This document shows positions 11,101 to 20,151 of a stretch of 64,000 bases of DNA, one piece after another. The stretch is from Eledone cirrhosa (lineage: Eukaryota). A program made the position numbers and the translations under genes. How positions within the stretch are numbered: position 1 is the stretch's first letter; the number at the start of each line of letters is the position of its first letter. A model generated the notes under the pieces. That model was not told where the DNA came from. It saw only the letters and a program-made list of their open reading frames with translations, and did no database searches. The DNA is taken from the NCBI GenBank assembly GCA_964016885.1, contig OZ024753.1, forward strand, positions 26,350,001 to 26,414,000. Reading direction: 5' to 3'.

Positions 11101-13815
11101 TCATGTCTAAGTCTAAGGCTTTGGGTTTGGGGTTATGTCTAAGTCTAAGACTTTGGGTTGGTGTTTAAGTTTAAGGCTTGGGGGTTGGGATTTAAGCCTA
11201 AGTCTAATGCTTGGAGTTGGGGTTTAAGGCTAAGGCTTGGGGTTAGGGTTTATGTCTAAGGCTTGGGGTTGGGGTTTAAGTTTAAGTCTAAGGCTAGGAG
11301 TTGGTGTTTAAGTCTAAATCCAGGGCTTGGGGTTGGGGTTTAAGTCTAAGTCTAAGGCTTGGGGTTGGGGTTTACATCTATGTCTATGGCTTGGGGTTTA
11401 AGTCTAAGGCTTAATGTTGGAGTTTAAGTCTAAGTCTAAGGCTTGGGGTTGGGGTTTAAGTCTATGTCTAAGACTTGGGGTTGGAGTTTAAGTTTACGGG
11501 TTGGGCTAAGGCTTGGGGTTGGGGTTAGGTTTTAAGACTAAGTCTTGTTGTTAGGGTATATTTCTAAGGCTTGGTGTTGTGGTTTGACTCTAAGTCTAAG
11601 GCTTTGGTTGGGGGTTAGTGTCTACGTCTAAGGCTTGAGGTTGGGGTTTAAGTCTAAGTCTAAGTTTTAGAGTTGGGGTTTAAATTTACGTCTAAGGCTA
11701 GGGCTTGGGGTGTAAGTCTAAGTTTAAGGGTTGGGGTTGGGGTTTAAGTCTAAGTCTAAGCCTTGGGGTTGGGGTTAGGGTTTAAGTCTAATGCCTTGAG
11801 TTGAGCTTTAAGTCTTAGACTAAGGCTTGGGGTTGGGGTTTATGTCTAAGTCTAAGGCTTGGTATTAGGGTTTAAATTTAAGTCTAAAGCTTCGGTTTGG
11901 GGTTTAAGTCTAATTCTAAGGCTTTGGGTAGAGGTTTAAGTCTACGTCTAAGGCTTGGGGTTGGACTTTAAGTCTAAGTGTTGGGGTTGGAAATTAAATC
12001 TATGTCCAAGGCTTTGGTTTTTGGTTTAAATATAAATGTAAGGCTTGGGGGTTTGTGATTAAGCCTAAGTCTAAGGCGTGGGGTTGGGATTTAAGTCTAA
12101 TACTTGTGGTTAGGATTTAAGTCTAAGGCTTGGTGTTGGCGTTTAAGTCTATGTCTAAGGCTTGGGTTCGGCGTTTAATTTTAAGTCTAAGGCTAGGAGT
12201 TGGTGTTTAAGTCTAAATCTAAGGCTTGGGGTTGGGGTTTATGTCTAAGCCTTGTGGATATGGTTTAATTCTAAGACTTGGAGTTGGGGTTTAAGTCTAA
12301 GTCTAAGGCTTGGGGTTGGGGTTTAAGTCTAAGTGTAAGGCTTAATGTTGGGGTTTAAGTCTAAGTCTAAGGCTTGGGGTTGGGGTTTAAGTCTATGTCT
12401 AAGACTTGGGGTTGGAGTTTAAGTTTACGGGTTGGGCTAAGGCTTGGGGTTGGGGTTAGGTTTTAAGACTAAGTCTTGCTGTTAGGGTATAATTCTAAGG
12501 CTTGGTGTTGTGGTTTGACTCTAAGTCTAAGGCTTTGGTTTGGGGTTAGTATCTACGTCTAAGGCTTGAGGTTGGGGTTTAAGTCTAAGTCTACGTTTTA
12601 GAGTTGGGGTTTAAATTTACGTCTAAGGCTAGGGCTTGGGGTGTAAGTCTAAGTTTAAGGGTTGGGGTTGGGGTTTAAGTCTAAGTCTAAGCCTTGGGGT
12701 TGGGGTTAGGGTTTAAGTCTAATGCCTTGAGTTGAGCTTTAAGTCTTAGACTAAGGCTTGGGGTTGGGGTTTATGTCTAAGTCTAAGGCTTGGTATTAGG
12801 GTTTAAGTTTAAGTCTAAAGCTTCGGTTTGGGGTTTAAGTCTAATTCTAAGGCTTTGGGTAGAGGTTTAAGTCTACGTCTAATGCTTGGGGTTGGACTTT
12901 AAGTCTAAGTGTTGGGGTTGGAAATTAAATCTATGTCCAAGGCTTTGGTTTTTGGTTTAAATATAAATGTAAGGCTTGGGGGTTTGTGATTAAGCCTAAG
13001 TCTAAGGCGTGGGGTTGGGATTTAAGTCTAATACTTGTGGTTAGGATTTAAGTCTAAGGCTTGGTGTTGGCGTTTAAGTCTATGCCTAAGGCTTGGGTTC
13101 GGCGTTTAATTTTAAGTCTAAGGCTAGAAGTTGGTGTTTAAGTCTAAATCTAAGGCTTGGGGTTGGGGTGTAAGTCTAAGTATAAGGGTTGGGGTTTGTG
13201 TTTAAGTCTAAGTCTAAGGCTTGGTGTTGGGGTTTAAGTCTAATTCTAAGGCTTTGGGTAGAGGTTTAAATCTACTTCTAAGGCTTGGGGTTGGACTTTA
13301 AGTCTAAGTGTTGGGGTTGGAAAGTAAGTCTTTGTCCAAGGTTTTGGTTTTGAGTTTAAATATAAATGTAAGGCTTGGGGGGTTTGTGTTTAAGCCTAAG
13401 TCTAAGGCGTGGGGTTGGGTTTTAAGTCTAAGACTTGGGTTTAGGATTTAAGTCTAAGGCTTGGTTTTGGGGTTTAAATCTAAGTCTAATGCTAGTGGTT
13501 GGGTTTTAAGTTATGCTAGTGGTTGAGGTTTAAGTCTAAGTCTAAGGCTTGGGCTTGGGCTTGAAGTCTATGTCTAAGGCTTGGGGTTGGGGTTGAAGTT
13601 TAAATCTAAGGCTTTGGGTTTGGGTTTAAATCTATGTCTAAGGCTTGGGGTTTGGGTTTAAGTCTAACTCTAAGGCTTGGTGTTGGGTTTAAGTCTACGG
13701 CTTGTGGTTATGGTTTAATTTTAAGGCTTGCGGTTGGGGTTTATGTCTAAGTCTAAGTCTTGTGGTTGGGGTTTAAGTCTAACGCTAAGGCTTGGGTTTG
13801 TGGTTTAAGTCTAAG
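8105..13815 (+). repeat. (TTAGGG)4 head followed by 32-bp telomere-like satellite (array S1), copy 1
   Basis: TTAGGG x4 at 8105-8128, then TTGGGG variants, then consensus GGGGTTTAAGTCTAAGTCTAAGGCTTGGGGTT with 26/38-bp variants from TCTAAG gain or loss. Confidence 0.95.
11405..13169 (+). repeat. 931-bp higher-order tandem duplication in S1
   Basis: AGTTTACGGG at 11491 and 12422; AAATTAAATCTATGTCC at 11991 and 12922; a further variant copy 399 bp later (13321). Boundaries approximate. Confidence 0.85.
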
Positions 13816-14060
13816 TTGGATCGTAGTGCGCATGCGCCAAGTTTGGACAGCAGTGCGCATGCGCAGTACGGTCCAACCTTAGCGCATGCGCACTACGGTC
13901 CAACCTTCGCGCATGCGAACTATGGTCCAACCTTAGCGCATGCGCAGTGCTGTCCAACGTTCGCGCATGCGCTGTGCGGTCCGACCTTCGTGCAACGCAT
14001 TACGGTCCAACCTTAGCGCATGCGCAGTGCTGTCCAACCTTGGAGCATGCGCAGTGCGCA
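13816..14060. promoter_or_regulatory. 27-bp repeat array of GCGCATGCGC palindromes (NRF1-like motif), cassette C1
   Basis: Nine palindrome positions (13828, 13855, 13882, 13909, 13936, 13963, 13990, 14016, 14043), six perfect; matches the NRF1/EWG/P3A2 consensus YGCGCAYGCGCR core. The repeat is directly seen; the regulatory role is inferred. Confidence 0.55.
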
Positions 14061-14110
14061 GTGGGCTATTTCCGGTTGTTTCCGGGTATTTCCGGTTATT
14101 TCCGGGTATT
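14061..14110 (-). promoter_or_regulatory. Four 10-bp-phased CCGGAAA (ETS-like) motifs, cassette C1
   Basis: TTTCCGG on + at 14069, 14079, 14089 and 14099; the minus strand reads CCGGAAA(T/C), an ETS GGAA core. Function is inferred. Confidence 0.5.
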
Positions 14111-14522
14111 CAATTAAATTAAATAATATTAAATAAAATAAAATAAAATAAAATAAAATAAAATTAAATTAAATTTTATTTTATTTTAATTTATTTTATT
14201 TTATTTTTATTTTATTTAATTATTTAATTAATTAATTAATTATTTTATTTAATTAATTAATTAATTATTTTATTTAATTAATTAATTAATTATTTTATTT
14301 AATTAATTAATTAATTATTTTATTTAATTAATTAATTAATTAATTTTATTTAATTGATTAATTAATTAAATTAAATTTTAATTAATTATTTAATTAATTA
14401 ATTAATTAAATTAATTAAAATAAATAAAATAAAATAAAATAAAATAAATTAAACTAAATTAAATAATTAATTAATTAATTAATTAATTAATTTAAATTAA
14501 TTTAATTTAATTTAATTTAATT
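14111..14522. repeat. Near-pure AT tract: (AAAAT)n, (TTTTA)n, (TAAT)n, (TTTAA)n, with a 25-bp sub-repeat
   Basis: Very few G/C in about 410 bp; TATTTTATTT at 14241, 14266, 14291 and 14316. Confidence 0.95.
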
Positions 14523-14557
14523 TAACCCTAACCCCAAACCCAAACCACAAACAAACC
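14523..14557 (-). repeat. Truncated telomeric-array stub
   Basis: TAACCCTAACCCCAAACCCAAACCACAAAC matches the start of the large array at 15477 (TAACCCTAACCCCAAACCCGAACCACAAAC). Confidence 0.88.
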
Positions 14558-14745
14558 TTTTATTTTATTTTATTTTATTTTATTTTATTTTATTTTTATT
14601 ATTTTATTTTATTTTATTTTATTTTATTTTATTTCATTTTATTTAATTAATTTATTTATTTATTTTTTATTATTTTAATTCATTTTAATTTAATTTAATT
14701 TAATTTAATTTAATTTAATTTAATTTAATTTAATTAATTTAATTT
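14558..14745. repeat. (TTTTA)n/(TTTAA)n AT microsatellite tract
   Basis: Directly visible pentamer runs. Confidence 0.93.
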
Positions 14746-14898
14746 AAAAAACGAAGCGAAACCGGGGTAACTAAAAAACCAAACGAAACGAAACCTGGGA
14801 ACCTAAAAAACCAAATGAAACGAAACCGGGGAAACTGAAAAACCAAACCAAACGAAACCGGAGAACCTAAAAAATCAAACGAAACGAAACTGGTTTCG
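14746..14898. repeat. 32-bp A-rich tandem repeat (about 4.5 units) ending in a small hairpin
   Basis: Unit approximately AAACCGGGGAACCTAAAAAACCAAACGAAACG; it ends in CGAAAC-TG-GTTTCG (14885-14898). Confidence 0.88.
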
Positions 14899-14899
14899 G

Positions 14900-15147
14900 G
14901 GTTGGACCGTAGTGCGCATGCGCGAAGTTCGGACTGCCTTGCGCATGCGCCAAGTTTGGACAGCACTGCGCATGCGCACTACGGTCCAACCTTCGCGCAT
15001 GCGCACTATGGTCCAACCTTAGCGTATGCGCAGTGCTGTCCAACCTTCGCGCATGCGCTATGCGGTCCGACCTTTGCGCATTCGCAGTATTGTCACACCT
15101 TTGCGCATACGCACTACGGTCCAACCTTAGCGCATGCGGAGTGCGCA
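14900..15147. promoter_or_regulatory. 27-bp repeat array of GCGCATGCGC palindromes (NRF1-like), cassette C2
   Basis: Nine positions exactly 27 bp apart (14914 to 15130), five perfect; the leading units are inverted relative to the rest. Confidence 0.55.
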
Positions 15148-15197
15148 GTGGGCTATTTCCGGGTGTTTCCGGGTATTTCCGGTTATTTCCGGGTATT
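15148..15197 (-). promoter_or_regulatory. Four 10-bp-phased CCGGAAA (ETS-like) motifs, cassette C2
   Basis: TTTCCGG at 15156, 15166, 15176 and 15186, after the shared GTGGGCTA leader. Confidence 0.5.
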
Positions 15198-15476
15198 AAA
15201 TAAAGTTAAATTAAATTAGATTAAATTAAATTAAATTAAATTAATTAATTAATTTATTAAATTTATTTTATTTTATTTTATTTTAATTAATTTAATTAAT
15301 TAATTAATTTAATTGATTAATTAATTATTTAAATTTTATTAATTAATTAATTAATTAATTAAATTAATTAAAATAAATTAAAATAAAATAAAATAAATTA
15401 AATTAAATAAAATAATTAATTAATTAATTAATTAATTAATTTTAATTAATTTAATTTAATTTAATTTAATTTAATT
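15198..15476. repeat. Near-pure AT tract ending in (TTTAA)n
   Basis: Paralogous to 14111-14522 but shorter; runs directly into TAACCC repeats. Confidence 0.93.
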
Positions 15477-18400
15477 TAACCCTAACCCCAAACCCGAACC
15501 ACAAACCCAAACCCAAACTCTAATACTAACCCAAATCGAAATCCTAACCCTAACCCTAACCCTAACGCAAACCCTAACCCTAAGCCTAACCCAAACCTCA
15601 AAACCAACCCTAACCCTAACCCTAACTCTAACCCACATCCAAACCCTAAATTAACCCCAACCCAAACACTAACCCAAACCCTAAACCTAACCCTAACCCT
15701 AACCCTAACACAAACCCAAACACTAAACCTAACCCTATCACTAACCCCATCCCTAAAACTAACCCAAATCCAATCCTAACCCTAACCCTAACCCAAACCC
15801 CGAACCTAACACTTACCGTAACCCTAACCCTAACTCCAACTCCAACACTAACCCCAACTCCAACCCCAAACCCAAACCTAACCATAACGCTAACCATAAC
15901 CCTAACCCTAAACCTAACCCTAACCAAAACCTCAACACCAACCCTTACCCTAACCCTAATCCTAACCCAAAAGCTAACGCTAACCCTAACCCTAACCCAA
16001 ACCCAAACCCTAACTTAACCCTAACCCAAACACTAACCCAAACCCTGCACCTAACCCTAACCCTAACCCTAATCCTTAACCTAACACTAACATAAACATT
16101 AACCCTAAACATAACCCTTATCCAAACACAAACCCAAACCCTAAAACAAACCCTAACCCTAACACTAACCGCAAAACTAACCTTATCCCTAACCCAAACC
16201 CAACCCCAAACCCTAACACTAACCCAAACCTTAAAACTAACCCAAATCCTAACCCTAACCCTAACCCTAACTCTAACCCTAACCCAAACCCTAATCGTAA
16301 CCCTAACCCAAACCCAACCCAAACCCAAACCCTTACCCTAACCCTAACCCAAACCCAAACCCTAACCCTAATCCTAACCCCAAACCAAACCCTAATCCTA
16401 AATCTAACCCTAACCCTAACCCAAACCAAAACTCTTACCCTAACTCTAACCCTAACCCTTACCCTAACCCTAATCCAAACCCTAAACCTAACACTAACCC
16501 TAACCCTAACCCTAACCCAAAACCTAACCCTAACCCTAACCGTATCACTAACCCCAAAATAACACTAACCCACATCCTAAAACCTTACCCTAACCCTAAC
16601 ACAAACCCAAACCCTAAACCTAACCCTATCACTAAACCCAACCCAAACACTAACCCAAATCCTAACCCTAACCCTAACCCTAACACAAACCCCAAACCTA
16701 ACACTAACCGTAACACTAACCCTAACACCAACCCCAACACTAACCCCAACTCCAACCCCAACACCATCCCCAACCCAAACCCCAAACCTAACCCTAACCC
16801 TAACCCTAACCCTAACCCTAACCCTAACCCTAACCCAAACCCTAACCCTAAACCTAACCCTACCCCAAACCTTAACCCTAGCCCCAAATCTAACCATAAC
16901 CCTAACACTAACCCCAACCATAACCCTAACCCTAAACCTAAACCTAAACCTAAACCTAACCCTAACCCTAGCCCTAACCCTAACCCTAAACGTAACCCAA
17001 ACCCTAACCCTAACCCTAACACCAGCTTTAACCCCAACCCTAACTCTAACCCTAACCCTAACCCTAACCCTAACCCTAACCCAAACCCTAACCCTGAACC
17101 TAACCCTACCCCAAACCTTAACCCTAGCCCCAAATCTAACCATAACCCTAACACTAACCCCAACCATAACCCTAACCCTAAACCTAACCCTAAACCTAAA
17201 CCTAACCCTAACCCTAGCCCTAACCCTAACCCTAAACGTAACCCAAACCCTAACCCTAACCCTAACACCAGCTTTAACCCCAACCCTAACCCTAACCCTA
17301 ACCCTAACCCTAACCCTAACCCTAACCCAAACCCTAACCCTAAACCTAACCCTACCCCAAACCTTAACCCTAGCCCCAAATCTAACCATAACCCTAACAC
17401 TAACCCCAACCATAACCCTAACCCTAAACCTAACCCTAAACCTAAACCTAACCCTAACCCTAGCCCTAACCCTAACCCTAAACGTAACCCAAACCCTAAC
17501 CCTAACCCTAACACCAGCTTTAACCCCAACCCTAACCCTAACCCTAACCCTAACCCTAACCCTAAATGTAACCCAAACCCTAACCCTAACCCTAACCCAA
17601 ACCCTAATCTAACACAAACCCAAACCCTAACCTAACCCTAAACCAAATCCCAAACCTAACACTAACCGTAACACTATCCCCAACTCCAACCCCAACCCCA
17701 TCACCAACCCCAACCCCAAACCTAACCCTAACCGTAACCCTAATCCTAACCCTAACCCTAACCATAATCCTAACCCTAACCCAAACCCTAACCCTAACCC
17801 AAACCTTAACCCTAACCCCAAACCTAACCCTAATCCTAACCCTAACCCCAACCCTAACCCTAACCCTAAACCTAACCCTAACCCTAAACCTAACCCTAAC
17901 CCTAGCCCTAAACGTAACCCAAACCCAAACACTAACCCTAACTCTAACCCTAAGCCCACTTTAACCCTAACCTTAACCCTAACCCTAACCCTAACCCTAA
18001 CCCTAAACGTAACCCTAAACGTAACCCTAACCCTAACCCTAACCCAAACCCTAATCTAACACAAACCCAAACCCTAACCTAACCCTAACCCAAACCTTAA
18101 CCCTATCCCTAACCCTAACCCTAACCCTAACCCTAACCCTAGCCCTAACCCTAAACGTAACCCAAACCCTAACCCTAACCCTAACCCAAACCCTAACCCT
18201 AAACCTAACCCTACCCCAAACCTTAACCCTAGCCCCAAATCTAACCATAACCCTAACACTAACCCCAACCATAACCCTAACCCTAAACCTAACCCTAAAC
18301 CTAAACCTAACCCTAACCCTAGCCCTAACCCTAACCCTAAACGTAACCCAAACCCTAACCCTAACCCTAACACCAGCTTTAACCCCAACCCTAACTCTAA

Positions 18401-20058
18401 CCCTAACCCTAACCCAAACCCTAACCCTAAACCTAACCCTACCCCAAACCTTAACCCTAGCCCCAAATCTAACCATAACCCTAACACTAACCCCAACCAT
18501 AACCCTAACCCTAAACCTAACCCTAAACCTAAACCTAACCCTAACCCTAGCCCTAACCCTAACCCTAAACGTAACCCAAACCCTAACCCTAACCCTAACA
18601 CCAGCTTTAACCCCAACCCTAACCCTAACCCTAACCCTAACCCTAACCCTAACCCTAACCCAAACCCTAACCCTAAACCTAACCCTACCCCAAACCTTAA
18701 CCCTAGCCCCAAATCTAACCATAACCCTAACACTAACCCCAACCATAACCCTAACCCTAAACCTAACCCTAAACCTAAACCTAACCCTAACCCTAGCCCT
18801 AACCCTAACCCTAAACGTAACCCAAACCCTAACCCTAACCCTAACACCAGCTTTAACCCCAACCCTAACCCTAACCCTAACCCTAACCCTAACCCTAAAT
18901 GTAACCCAAACCCTAACCCTAACCCTAACCCAAACCCTAATCTAACACAAGCCCAAACCCTAACCTAACCCTAAACCAAATCCCAAACCTAACACTAACC
19001 GTAACACTATCCCCAACTCCAACCCCAACCCCATCACCAACCCCAACCCCAAACCTAACCCTAACCGTAACCCTAATCCTAACCCTAAACCTAACCATAA
19101 TCCTAACCCTAACCCAAACCCTAACCCTAACCCTAACCCAAACCATAACCCTAACCCCAAACCCTAACCCTAACCCTAACCCTAACCCCAACCCTAACCC
19201 TAACCCTAAACCTAACCCTAACCCTAAACCTAACCCTAACCCTAGCCCTAAACGTAACCCAAACCCAAACACTAACCCTAACTCTAACCCTAAGCCCACT
19301 TTAACCCTAACCTTAACCCTAACCCTAACCCTAACCCTAACCCTAACCCTAACCCTAAACGTAACCCTAAACGTAACCCTAACCCTAACCCTAACCCAAA
19401 CCCTAATCTAACACAAACCCAAACCCTAACCTAACCCTAACCCAAACCTTAACCCTATCCCTAACCCTAACCCTAACCCTAATCCTAACCCTAACCCCAA
19501 CCCTAACCCTAACCCTAAACCTAACCCTAACCCTAAACCTAACCCTAACCCTAGCCCTAAACGTAACCCAAACCCAAACACTAACCCTAACTCTAACCCT
19601 AAGCCCACTTTAACCCTAACCTTAACCCTAACCCTAACCCTAACCCTAACCCTAACCCTAACCCTAAACGTAACCCTAAACGTAACCCTAACCCTAACCC
19701 TAACCCAAACCCTAATCTAACACAAATCCAAACCCTAACCTAACCCTAACCCAAACCTTAACCCTATCCCTAACCCTAACCCTAACCCTAACCCTAACCC
19801 TAGCCCTAACCCTAAACGTAACCCGAACCCTAACCCTAACCCTAACCCAAACCCTAATCTAACACAAACACAAACCCTAACCTAACCCTAACCCAAACCC
19901 CAAACCTAACACTAACCGTAACACTAACCCTAACTCCAACCCCAACACTAACCCCAACTCCAACGCCAACCCCAACCCCAATCCCAAACCTAACCCTAAC
20001 CCTAAACTTAACCCTAAGCCTAACCGTAACCCTAACCCTAACCCTAACCTTAATCCTA
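15477..20058 (-). repeat. 4.6-kb interstitial telomeric array, (CCCTAA)n on + / (TTAGGG)n on -, copy 1
   Basis: CCCTAA-dominated with CCCAAA, ACCTAA, CCCTAG, CACTAA and CCCCAA variants; internal 246-, about 309- and about 1335-bp higher-order repeats. Confidence 0.97.
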
Positions 20059-20151
20059 TGTTTCGAAGTACTTTTGATATCTTTGTTTTACCAATCAATC
20101 TGTTTGCAAATTGAATTTTTTGGCATTTTTCAAGTTATACGTATGTTTTCT
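20059..20151. other. 93-bp linker L between diverging telomeric tracts; paralog of the satellite A end (8010-8104)
   Basis: Aligns to 8010-8104 with 9 substitutions and a 2-bp indel by manual alignment. Confidence 0.9.

Noticed and set aside
13816-14060. CRISPR-like palindromic repeats with spacers
   Set aside because: The 17-bp spacers are homologous to each other, the repeat is only 10 bp, there are no cas genes, and the context is eukaryotic.
13792-15219. AHAHYGPT-repeat ORFs on both strands
   Set aside because: They are a by-product of a 27-bp (9-codon) palindromic repeat, with no gene structure.
15477-20058. Functional terminal telomere
   Set aside because: The array is internal, flanked on both sides, duplicated and heavily variant.
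15646-20098. Long minus-strand ORFs encoding (VR)n and (GL)n, also at 40971-45417
   Set aside because: These are the inevitable stop-free frames of TTAGGG repeats, mostly with non-ATG starts. There is no evidence here of transcription or translation, although such dipeptide products have been proposed for TERRA.
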